Below are positions 34,730 to 45,933 of a stretch of DNA of 46,419 nucleotides, in pieces (the first letter of the stretch is position 1; the number at the start of each line of letters is the position of its first letter). The notes under the pieces were generated by a model. That model saw only the letters and a program-made list of their open reading frames with translations, had not been told where the DNA came from and ran no database searches. Origin of the DNA: Octopus bimaculoides (taxonomy: Eukaryota); assembly GCF_001194135.2 (NCBI RefSeq), contig NC_068989.1:74489960-74536378 (forward strand), in the 5' to 3' direction. The position numbers were made by a program, and so were the translations under genes.

Positions 34730-35500
34730 GATTGTGTATCTTTCAGTTCATATATGCATTTACGTTGAACGAAAATCCACTCTTAAATTTTGTGGGCGTC
34801 CCCGTCTACATATTTGAAGTTATTGTTGTTGTTGCATATTTCACATCCGCTATCTCCACAATCCTTTGCGGAGAATTTTGTTTCAGTCTCTGATGTGATT
34901 TTTGCCCTTGTGAGTTTTTTTCTTTTTTTTTTTTTTTTTAGATTATTTTCCTGGAGTTTACTATTTCGTAGGTAGCTTTTATCTATCAGGTTTCTCATTT
35001 TGGGGCTCTGTAAGAGCACTGGTAAGTTTGATTGCATAACGTGGAAAATGTTGGTTATTCCAGGGCTGTGTGTATTACTGAATGGAGTAGTATGTTCCTT
35101 GCATTTTTTTCTTTTTTTGGAGTCCTTCGTTATATGATGTCTAATTTCATCGCTTTCGAGATTCCATTATTTATTAGTTTCACGGGGTAATTTTGAACTT
35201 GTAGGAAATTTTTGATTTAGTCAAGTCTTATTTGACATATTTGTGGGTCGATCACTACGGTCCAAATGCGTCTTGCCATTCTGTATGGGATGTCCCTTTT
35301 GATGTATGAGGAGTGATAAGATTAGAAATTTAGATTATGGTCTGTGTCCGTTTTTTAGTAAAATATATCTGTTGCAACAGTGGAGATGTCTATTTTGATG
35401 TGAATATCTAGGAATGGTAGTTCATTGCAGCTGGTTTCTGTTGTGAATTTGCTAGATGAGAACAGCGTGTTGAGAATATTGAATTTGGATCAAACATGTC
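34730..35500 (-). mobile_element. Second Penelope-like fragment (RT thumb, linker, start of GIY-YIG)
   Basis: Minus-strand FTTETSCNELPFLDIHIKI, TDIFY-KTDTDHNLNF, IKRDIPYRMARRI, LTRAK..CGDSGCEIC and MN-KIHNLIIY. Confidence 0.75.
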
Positions 35501-35951
35501 TGACCACACTGATACAAAAGCCACTCCCACCTTTAGCTCCCCTACCTCTCAAACTTTTTTCTTTTTTCTTTTTCTTCCTTCCCAAACCCCCAAAACACAC
35601 TACCGCTTTCTTTTCTCTTCTCTATCTTCGCGATCTCCCACTCTCTCCTCGTCTCTCACACCTGCACCTTCCTTTCTAATTTATTCCCTTCTCTCTCTCT
35701 CCCATCCGCCTCTCACTCCCCCACTCTCTTTCTCTCCCTTTCTAAAACATCATCACTTTCAATTTTATATTAAAAAACACGAAGCAAACTTACTGTAAAC
35801 CACTGTTTTGATAAATTCAAAAGGAAACGCTAAAAATTGTAAATAAAAATATATATAAGCATCCAACATTTTGACTAACTGCTTATTCTCAATACATATA
35901 TATATATATATATANNNNNNNNNNNNNNNNNNNNNNNNNNNNNNNNNNNNN

Positions 35952-36020
<69 letters not shown>
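35952..36020. repeat. (GA)n microsatellite
   Basis: Direct reading. Confidence 0.95.
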
Positions 36021-36024
<4 letters not shown>

Positions 36025-36084
36025 ATATGCATGTATGTGCATATTTACGTTGTCTAAAGTTGGATTAGGCTAAATTTGATAGTT

Positions 36085-36131
36085 TTAAATTGGTCGACAT
36101 ATACTTTCAGTAACTTTTTGCACGCCCAATA
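36085..36131 (-). mobile_element. Orphan mariner-like TIR
   Basis: Reverse complement TA-TTGGGCGTGCAAAAAGTT; partner end not found. Confidence 0.3.
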
Positions 36132-37924
36132 TATTGAGTGCTCGTAGCCCAGCTTTTTTGTGGTTGCTGGAAACATGTTATATCTATTTTAATAATGAAT
36201 TTCGACTATGTCAAAGGAGATTATTCTTTAGCTACATGGAACATGTAATGTCTAAATTAGGAAAACATTGCCTTCTTATCCACTCATTTTGTTATATTGT
36301 TGGTAGAACGCATTTTTAATAGCGTCCGGTTCCGTTTTGAATTTAGCTTAAAATATAGCGTCTCAAAAGAGGAAAGATGCTGGAATAATTTGCTGTTATT
36401 TTCATTGTGATACAATAAGGACGAAAGCGTTTCAAGATAAGTATAATCAAAGCTATATCCTTCAAAATTTTCCCAAGTATGATGATTAAATAAGTGAAGT
36501 GAAAAGGTTCCGAACAGGAAATGAATACTTCTTAAACCATACGTCAGCAACACAGGAAATTAGCATCGCTTCGTAGCAGATGATAGACACTTCAAGTTAA
36601 AAATCACAAAAATATAATATCCCACCTTTCCACAGTTGGCATTCGTTTACAGTAAAGTACAAATACTTCGATAAACCACTTGAGATCACTTTTTTATATA
36701 TTTTAGTCGCGACATTCTATGTATAGAATCATCCTAAAATTAGCTTTATATCCTAAAGCAGCTAACAATGGCGTCAGGGAAATACTGATAGACGATCGAC
36801 GTAGTAAAAATACCTATTTATAAATGTTTGACTGTCTGCCGATTTAGAGAGTTATCAAATATTAATTCAAAGTCCAACATTCGCACTCACACAATAATTT
36901 ATATTCTCGGGAAAACTTTAAGATTTATAACCCTACATAGTTATTGTTTCGGTGACCTTATTTAATATTAATTGCATTTGTATCAGACAGAGACGATAAT
37001 AATATATGTGTACCAGTACATATGCTTATATATATGTGTGTGTGGGGGCGTTTAAATATATGTGTGTATATATTTATATATATATATATATATATATNNN
37101 NNNNNNNNNNNNNNNNNNNNNNNNNNNNNNNNNNNNNNNNNNNNNNNNNNNNNNNNNNNNNNNNNNNNNNNNNNNNNNNNNNNNNNNNNNNNNNNNNNNN
37201 NNNNNNNNNNNNNNNNNNNNNNNNNNNNNNNNNNNNNNNNNNNNNNNNNNNNNNNNNNNNNNNNNNNNNNNNNNNNNNNNNNNNNNNNNNNNNNNNNNNN
37301 NNNNNNNNNNNNNNNNNNNNNNNNNNNNNNNNNNNNNNNNNNNNNNNNNNNNNNNNNNNNNNNNNNNNNNNNNNNNNNNNNNNNNNNNNNNNNNNNNNNN
37401 NNNNNNNNNNNNNNNNNNNNNNNNNNNNNNNNNNNNNNNNNNNNNNNNNNNNNNNNNNNNNNNNNNNNNNNNNNNNNNNNNNNNNNNNNNNNNNNNNNNN
37501 NNNNNNNNNNNNNNNNNNNNNNNNNNNNNNNNNNNNNNNNNNNNNNNNNNNNNNNNNNNNNNNNNNNNNNNNNNNNNNNNNNNNNNNNNNNNNNNNNNNN
37601 NNNNNNNNNNNNNNNNNNNNNNNNNNNNNNNNNNNNNNNNNNNNNNNNNNNNNNNNNNNNNNNNNNNNNNNNNNNNNNNNNNNNNNNNNNNNNNNNNNNN
37701 NNNNNNNNNNNNNNNNNNNNNNNNNNNNNNNNNNNNNNNNNNNNNNNNNNNNNNNNNNNNNNNNNNNNNNNNNNNNNNNNNNNNNNNNNNNNNNNNNNNN
37801 NNNNNNNNNNNNNNNNNNNNNNNNNNNNNNNNNNNNNNNNNNNNNNNNNNNNNNNNNNNNNNNNNNNNNNNNNNNNNNNNNNNNNNNNNNNNNNNNNNGT
37901 ATGTATATGAATATATGTATATAT

Positions 37925-38141
37925 TTATGTGTGTGTCCTTATGTGTCCGTTTGTTCCCCATCATCGCTTGGCAGCCGTTGTTGGTATGTTTACGTCCCGG
38001 TAACTTAGTGGTTCGGCAAAAGTGACCGATAAGTACTAGGCTTGAGAAATAAGTCCTAGTGTCGATTTGTTTGACTAAATCCCCTCCGTGCTCCAGCATG
38101 TTCGCAGTCGAATGAGTGAAACATGTAAAAGAATAAAAGAA
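37925..38141 (+). mobile_element. CORE-type SINE family C 3' half
   Basis: CATCGCTTGGCAGCCGTTGTTGG, GGTTCGGCAAAAG, GTGCTCCAGCATG and GAAACATGTAAAAGAATAAAAGAAT. Confidence 0.88.
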
Positions 38142-38218
38142 TTTTAAAAAAAACTGTATATATACACAAACGCACACACACGCACGGACACACACAAACA
38201 CACACACACACTTATATA

Positions 38219-38330
38219 CAGGGTGGTGCAAAAGTAGGTATACCGCTATGAAAAAAGAAAACACTTGCAATACTCGTTTATTTATACCAGAAATTTTAAA
38301 AGTTACGACAACAGCATTATTATAGTTGTA
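38219..38330 (+). mobile_element. Tc1-like terminal fragment
   Basis: TA followed by CAGGGTGGTGCAAAAGTAGGTATAC, a typical Tc1/mariner TIR start; other end not seen. Confidence 0.45.
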
Positions 38331-38566
38331 AATGTATTATGATGATTAATGACACTGAAAGTATCGAAAGTGACGCTTGACGAACAAAAGACTCCATTAA
38401 ACTATACATCTGTGTCTTGTCTAACTTTAAACGTTGAATTTTAGCTCACCTTAACTCATTTACATTCTTTAAAACCAATAATTCTCCCTCACTAGCTAGC
38501 CATATATACACCCTAAAGAATAAAAGCACATCATATTATTTCTTGATGGACACATAATCGTAAGAT

Positions 38567-38761
38567 AGTGGCTTAAAATCCTAGACCGGGTGATGCATTT
38601 TGTTCCTTAACGAAGCACTTCTTTTTTGGTCCAGTCCACTCAGCTAGCAAAAATGAGTAATCCTGCGACGGAACGCCACAGGAACTGGGAAACCAGCCTT
38701 GACAACCAGTGTAAGGTTTGTTCGGCAAAAATGAGACTGATGGAATAAGTAGCGGTCTTAA
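38567..38761 (+). mobile_element. CORE-like SINE, apparently chimeric
   Basis: CCAGTCCACTCAGCTAGCAAAAATGAGT (as at 17190) followed by GACAACC..GTTCGGCAAAAATGAGACTGATGGAATAAGTA (family C 3' part). Confidence 0.55.
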
Positions 38762-39511
38762 CATATGTACAGGGTAGATTTGATGGACTGAAGTTGTAAG
38801 GCAGGCCACCAACCATAGTCTAAGTCCAATAATTAAATCAAGTAAATGACCGGAAACATAAAAGTATAACAAATAATAGCAGATAGATCGATAGATAGAT
38901 GGATGGATGGATGGATGAATGCGTGTCGAAGACCAGAACTCAACAGTAACTGCCGTGTTTGTTATTCTGCTTTGGTTAACATTAAAAAAAAAAGGATGGC
39001 ATTTTTGCACTCACAATTCCACTCTCACTTATTTGGTCTATATTGTATCAAAAATTAGAAATTAAAAACTGCTATTTGTAACGACGACGTGGTCAATTAA
39101 CCGATTAACTTGACGTAAATGACCTTTGGTTTTTTCAGTATTATAGATGAACCAATATTCCATTGCTGTCAGAAATTATGGCTATTTTCAATTATATTCT
39201 TCAGATAAGTTTTACTGCTGTCAAAAGTTGTATTTTGTCTTTTTTATAGAGGTTTTCTTTTCTTTCTCTGCACGCTTTGGGAATCTATTTTTGCTAAATG
39301 ATTTTTGCATCAAAATATCGGAAGAGTATATAAAAAAAAAAAAGGAAACGAAGATCGCATCCAGTATTTTCTTGATTTTTTTTTTTATTATAAGAAAGCT
39401 TTTGATGACGTTAAAATTACTTTTAAATTTCCTTACCGATACCAGATATGTCAATAAGTTTCTAATACTGATTATTCACCCTTGCATAAGCAATATAAAG
39501 GAAACAATATA

Positions 39512-39546
39512 AATGCCTGGCGTGCTAACGATTCTGCTAGTTCGCA
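39512..39546 (-). mobile_element. SINE family A head fragment
   Basis: CGTGCTAACGATTCTGCTAGTTCGC matches 25300-25325. Confidence 0.6.
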
Positions 39547-39669
39547 GTATTATTATAATTAGTATTATTATTCAGTAGTCTTATTTTTATCACGTGCTTT
39601 CACTCCACTACCGAGCGCAGCTCTACGTAATGTTTATATGATGTGGTTTGTTGTAGTGCTCTTAAATTC

Positions 39670-40495
39670 ACTGTACTGAGGCAAGGAGCAGTTTAACCAA
39701 AGAGCTGAGGAGAAAAGAAAAGAAATGAGAATGCATGGACAGTTTGAAAGGAATACACAGAACGTTAAGGATAATACGGAATCGTCGGTATGGATAAAAC
39801 GTTAAGGATAGTACGGCATCGAGGTGATTTGAAGCGTACCACCGAAAGCCTGATCATTGCTGCACAAGACCAGGTGCTTGCTGCCAGTTCAGTGAAGTAT
39901 AACATCTATAAAATTTCAGACACCCAGAAATGCAGACCCTGCGGAAAGAGTGTGGAAAATGTGACCCACTTGGTAAGTGGATGTGAGAGCCTTGCACAAA
40001 AACAATAAAGTGTATGTGTATCTTCATTGGCTCTTATGCTGTTAATACCAATATGAAGTAACAGAGAACTGGTGTGAGCATTTACCAAGTAAAGTTATGC
40101 AAAAGGATGGAAAAGTAACGATACTCCGGGACTATGATTTTCAGACGGATCGTGTAATCGAACAGCGTCGGCCGGATATTGTCATATTGAATAAGAGAGA
40201 TAAATACTGTCAGATCATTGATGCAGCCATACCAAATGACATGAATGTTGTGAGGAAAAAGGTTGAAAAAATCACCAACTACTCCGAATTGAAAGTGGAA
40301 ATGGCAAGACTGTATGGAAGGTAATGTAAAAGTGATACCAGTGGTGATCGCAGCGTTGTGCTTAATGCCACAGAAACTTCAAAACTTCATAAGGTAACTG
40401 GAAATCCCGTGCAAGATTGATGTCTTGCCAAAAGCCAACCTTATTGGGCAAAGCGCAGATCTTAAGGAAAGTATTATATGTCTGAGGTCCTTGTG
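39670..40495 (+). mobile_element. R4/Dong-like LINE 3' fragment
   Basis: GDLKRTTESLIIAAQDQ, KCRPCGKSVENVTHLVSGC, DFQTDRVIEQRRPDIVI, IIDAAIPND and KVEKITNYSELKVEMAR (CCHC knuckle and PD-(D/E)xK RLE). Confidence 0.9.
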
Positions 40496-40565
40496 CATAC
40501 ACCCCTCATATATGTATATATATATATAAATATATACACACACACACACACATTGTGTTACGAAG

Positions 40566-40594
40566 GAATAATAATAATGATAATAAATAATAAA

Positions 40595-40625
<31 letters not shown>

Positions 40626-40642
40626 ACAACAACAACAACAAC

Positions 40643-40673
<31 letters not shown>

Positions 40674-40675
40674 TT
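40566..40675. repeat. (AAT)-(TAT)n-(AAC)n-(AAT)n compound microsatellite
   Basis: Direct reading. Confidence 0.9.
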
Positions 40676-40734
40676 AATGGTCTCAAATTTTGTCACAAGA
40701 GCAGCAATTTGGGAGGAGAAGATAAGTCCATTAC

Positions 40735-40822
40735 ATGAAGAAGGCTGGAGGGTATATTCGCCTAAATGTTGTGTTAACAATAAACAAAGATGAGAACAAC
40801 TATTCGTCAAATGTAAATAATT
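40735..40822 (+). repeat. Third, decayed copy of the hammerhead-bearing repeat
   Basis: ATGAAGA A GGCTG GAGGGTATAT TCGCC TAAA TGTT GTGTTAACAATAAACAAAGATGAG...TGTAAATAAT aligns with 34642-34727. Confidence 0.85.
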
Positions 40823-42239
40823 GATTTATTCAGCGTTATTCCGAAAGACGTGATAGAAGATAAATACCCTATAATATTCAGGCTCTCCTTGGGCGGATTC
40901 GTCCAAGAATACCCGACAAACCACCAATACCCGGATACACCTTGGCAAACAACAACTCTCTACTCGGAAGGTGATCTATGATGTCGTAAAACATGTCTTA
41001 TTGTCTTGTATGGTCACTGATACACTATGCCTGAATGCGATGGCCACAACTGGAAAGCTTTTAATCGATTAGATTTGTTCACGCGAACTGAACTAGGACT
41101 AAATAACAACAAGGACCTATGCAATCTTGAAATATCCAAAACCCAGAACATTGTACCATTTATCAATTTGGAACCGTCCCGGAGTAATGCAAGAACACCA
41201 TTTAGAGGAACTGTAGTTAAAGCATTTCTCTTACCATTCTAAAAGTACATGTGATTCTATAACTTTTTTAGGTAAATAAAGTTGTTATAAATAAAGCACT
41301 TAGCCTTTTCATACACTCGGACACATTTTACTCCCGGCTGAAAACGAATGTCGCCGAGGTGAGATTTTTCTCTTTTTTAATCAATAATAAACATCTAAAA
41401 ATTACCATTCCAATCTTTCTCATAAAGACTCATCTGGGAAACCGTGTTAAAAGTAATCGATTGACAGTTTATCAAATATCTAATACCCCTAACTGTGCAA
41501 CAGAACATAAATAGTTTGAAGTTGCCAAAGAACTCATAAAGAACAAGATGTTACCGAACACAGTTTCTTTCATGTTGTGTGATTACGACTTTTATTTGGA
41601 AACCTCTTAGTGTTCATATTTATGACAACTTATTACTTCACTTTAGTAATGATGAAGCCTGGATGTTTAAATAAAGCCACCCACACGGTTGAAATATTGA
41701 ATAAGTATCCCAGACGACCCTTAGTAATTTACAGATTATTGAAACGCTGTCATTTAATTTCAGATGTTCGAGAGATTATATTGTTACTGAAGTCACGAAT
41801 ATGAAACTAAATTTTGCTGACGTGATGAATATGAAGACATGAAACTGTATTACGAATAAGAGGAGAATATTCTAGAAACTTCAACTTGACAGATAATTTC
41901 TTGATGTTCTAGTTCTTATTCATTTAATTCACGCAATTATTTCTGGGATGCAGCAATAATTTTGAAGTTTGTGACAAGAATAGCTGCGATTTTTGGTAAC
42001 AATATGACTACCCTCTGTATTATAAACTACCCGACAGCTTCTTTCTTTATAACATATTATCTTCACAACTTCCGTTTCTCTTTCAACTCCTTTTTTCCTT
42101 TTCTTTTTACTTTTCTTTGTTTTACTGTCCAACCCGGAAACCGATCCAAATCTTTCTATTAATAGAATCACCTGTCTTACACATCGATACTTTCAAAGTC
42201 ATTCGGCTAAGAAACTTTTACCACAGCTACCGTTTAATT

Positions 42240-42623
42240 GTTGTTGTCACTCCGTCGCTTACGACGTCGAGGATTCCAGTTGATCCGATCAACGGAACAG
42301 CCTGCTCGTGAAATTAACGTGCAAGTGGCTGAGCACTCCACAGACACGTGTACCCTTAACGTAGTTCTCGGGGATGTTCAGCGTGACACAGTGTGACAAG
42401 GCTGACCCTTTGAATTACAGGCACAACAGAAACAGGAAGTAAGAGTGAGAGAAAGTTGTGGTGAAAGAGTACAGCAGGGTTCGCCACCATCCCCAGCCGG
42501 AGCCTCGAGGAGCTTTAGGTGTTTTCGCTCAATAAACACTCACAACGCCCGGTCTGGGAATCGAAACCGCGATCCTATGACCGCGAGTCCGCTGCGCTAA
42601 CCGCTGGGCCATTGCACCTCCAC
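42240..42623 (-). mobile_element. SINE family B, full length, 11-bp TSD with one mismatch
   Basis: Near-identical to 6290-6672; TSD ACCGTTTAATT at 42229-42239 and ACCTTTTAATT at 42624-42634. Confidence 0.95.
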
Positions 42624-42820
42624 ACCTTTTAATTAACCTCCCCGCAATTAGTTTATTCACTGCATTGCTTATAAAATTTCGAATGAGCTACATCTAGTCT
42701 TAAAGCACTGCCCATTTTTGGTGATCACTTTCAGAACACCTCAGTATGGAACTAAGAGTGTCGCCCAACACATGAGCTTATCAAACAATTTTACATCCCA
42801 AATTCCGGTCAGTAATTTTG

Positions 42821-42880
42821 CTTAATACAAGATTTCTGACACTCAGAAACACAAAGAAAAGCAGGCCATCTTCAGTTGAA
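42821..42880 (-). ncRNA. Weak hammerhead-like motif
   Basis: Reverse complement TTCAA CTGAAGA TGGC...GTCA GAAA TCTTG TA TTAAG. Confidence 0.25.
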
Positions 42881-43524
42881 GTGCTTACTCTCCTATGTGC
42901 CGATGTTATAAATATATATGTGCATGTGTGTGTGTGTATGTATGTGCGCGTGTAGTGTTAGGTTTGGATGATTTTAAACTAGAATAATTGTTTTTATTGA
43001 CAGTTTTGACAATGAAATAATTCATTAAATACGTTACTGCCGTTGCTTTTGNNNNNNNNNNNNNNNNNNNNNNNNNNNNNNNNNNNNNNNNNNNNNNNNN
43101 NNNNNNNNNNNNNNNNNNNNNNNNNNNNNNNNNNNNNNNNNNNNNNNNNNNNNNNNNNNNNNNNNNNNNNNNNNNNNNNNNNNNNNNNNNNNNNNNNNNN
43201 NNNNNNNNNNNNNNNNNNNNNNNNNNNNNNNNNNNNNNNNNNNNNNNNNNNNNNNNNNNNNNNNNNNNNNNNNNNNNNNNNNNNNNNNNNNNNNNNNNNN
43301 NNNNNNNNNNNNNNNNNNNNNNNNNNNNNNNNNNNNNNNNNNNNNNNNNNNNNNNNNNNNNNNNNNNNNNNNNNNNNNNNNNNNNNNNNNNNNNNNNNNN
43401 NNNNNNNNNNNNNNNNNNNNNNNNNNNNNNNNNNNNNNNNNNNNNNNNNNNNNNNNNNNNNNNNNNNNNNNNNNNNNNNNNNNNNATATATATATAATAT
43501 ATATATAATATAATATAACATATG

Positions 43525-43572
<48 letters not shown>

Positions 43573-43898
43573 TACACCCAGAACCATGCTAATAGCTTAG
43601 GAGTGAAATTTAAGATTCCTCGGTTTTCTGTGAATCATTTTGATAGAACTTTTCCCACCTGGTTTTCACACTATGCTAACACCATTGCAGTTTTCATTAT
43701 TCTGTGTAACATCCTTTCTATGTTTTTATTTCAGATTCTTCAGTTTGTGGGTGGACCACGCTAATAGCTTTTGAATGAAAATGGCCCATCCAGACATTGC
43801 TTTTTCAGAAAATGAAGGGTAATGATACATATTAAGCATACTTTCAGTATATATTTAACATAAAAACATAATAATATAACATGTATTGGCATATTGAA

Positions 43899-44466
43899 TT
43901 ATTTAATCACATGATCGCCATTTCGGCGGATAACTTCAAAAACTCTATTAGTCATAGAATCTGTCAGTTTCTTAATACTAGCAGGTTCGACTGCCTCTGC
44001 TGCAGTCCAACCTACCCATAAGACATCTTTCGGCGTAAATTGGTGTCCATCGGCATAAATATCTTGTTGAATGATAGACCAAAGATTTTCGATAGGGTTG
44101 AGATCCGGAGATGCTGATGGCCACACCATCAACCTTTCACCAATTATGCCGTAATACACTAGTAATGTTTGGGTGATCCTAGCAGAGTGGACGGGGGCGT
44201 TGTCATGCATGAGTACAAGATTCGTTAGAAGTGACAGCGGTATGTCAACTAGCCAAGGATACAAGACCTCCTTCAGGAGACGTTGGCTGAGGTACCCTGA
44301 CTAGGCCAACAGCCCACAATATGACACCTCCACCCTTTTGTTGACGTCGTGAACGTTGAGGACGTTCATCGTCAACACAAACCCAACCATTTGCCCAACC
44401 GCCAGGTCCGTCAAGGGTCGCCCTGGTTTCGTCAGTCAACAAAACACAACCCATGTCAAACTTCAT
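43899..44466 (-). pseudogene. DD37E transposase catalytic domain, frameshifted
   Basis: ORFs 44245-44466 and 43899-44264 carry the first D and the second D plus E in different frames. Confidence 0.9.
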
Positions 44467-45502
44467 GTACTCTTAGGCNNNNNNNNNNNNNNNNNNNNNN
44501 NNNNNNNNNNNNNNNNNNNNNNNNNNNNNNNNNNNNNNNNNNNNNNNNNNNNNNNNNNNNNNNNNNNNNNNNNNNNNNNNNNNNNNNNNNNNNNNNNNNN
44601 NNNNNNNNNNNNNNNNNNNNNNNNNNNNNNNNNNNNNNNNNNNNNNNNNNNNNNNNNNNNNNNNNNNNNNNNNNNNNNNNNNNNNNNNNNNNNNNNNNNN
44701 NNNNNNNNNNNNNNNNNNNNNNNNNNNNNNNNNNNNNNNNNNNNNNNNNNNNNNNNNNNNNNNNNNNNNNNNNNNNNNNNNNNNNNNNNNNNNNNNNNNN
44801 NNNNNNNNNNNNNNNNNNNNNNNNNNNNNNNNNNNNNNNNNNNNNNNNNNNNNNNNNNNNNNNNNNNNNNNNNNNNNNNNNNNNNNNNNNNNNNNNNNNN
44901 NNNNNNNNNNNNNNNNNNNNNNNNNNNNNNNNNNNNNNNNNNNNNNNNNNNNNNNNNNNNNNNNNNNNNNNNNNNNNNNNNNNNNNNNNNNNNNNNNNNN
45001 NNNNNNNNNNNNNNNNNNNNNNNNNNNNNNNNNNNNNNNNNNNNNNNNNNNNNNNNNNNNNNNNNNNNNNNNNNNNNNNNNNNNNNNNNNNNNNNNNNNN
45101 NNNNNNNNNNNNNNNNNNNNNNNNNNNNNNNNNNNNNNNNNNNNNNNNNNNNNNNNNNNNNNNNNNNNNNNNNNNNNNNNNNNNNNNNNNNNNNNNNNNN
45201 NNNNNNNNNNNNNNNNNNNNNNNNNNNNNNNNNNNNNNNNNNNNNNNNNNNNNNNNNNNNNNNNNNNNNNNNNNNNNNNNNNNNNNNNNNNNNNNNNNNN
45301 NNNNNNNNNNNNNNNNNNNNNNNNNNNNNNNNATATATATATATATATACAAACAGACTCACGGATAGATTGAGAGAATGAGCGTGATGGAACTATACGA
45401 GACCAACATGACTGAAAGACATAATAACACAAAGGCGAACAAAATACGCGATGCTAGGAGGAACGAGATGTTGGAAACTTACAGAAAAGATAATAGAAAA
45501 AG

Positions 45503-45557
45503 TGCACCAGCATGACCGCAGCCACTTGGCTGAAACACATAAATAAATAAATAAATA
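45503..45557 (+). mobile_element. SINE 3' tail fragment nested in the Tc1 element
   Basis: GTGCACCAGCATGACCGCAGCCACTTGGCTGAAACACAT(AAAT)n. Confidence 0.7.
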
Positions 45558-45901
45558 GAGAGATGGACATGAAGGTAAAACGTGAAACAATGGCGGATTA
45601 GAGGGTAGAATTTATGGTGAGGCAAGAGATAAAAAGGAAAGAACGCTGAATAAACGTTGACACCTGGTGAGAAGATATATGTAGACATAGATTATTAACA
45701 CGCTCAGAGAGAGAATGATGAAATAATGGAATAATAAACCAGACCCGAGGACAGAGACAAAATAGCTAATATAATAAACGATAAACTTAAAAACTATGAA
45801 AACCAAGTAAAGGTTGCGGAGTCTGAATATCAAACTTTGCATGCAACTTTCACATTCTATCGAAAGTTTATAAAATTTTCACACACGCAGTCTCTCCCCC
45901 C

Positions 45902-45933
<32 letters not shown>

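Noticed and set aside
40860-41242. Protein-like frames (IPYNIQALLGR..., HNWKAFNRLDL...) possibly from a LINE endonuclease
   Set aside because: Catalytic APE motifs not visible; similarity too vague.
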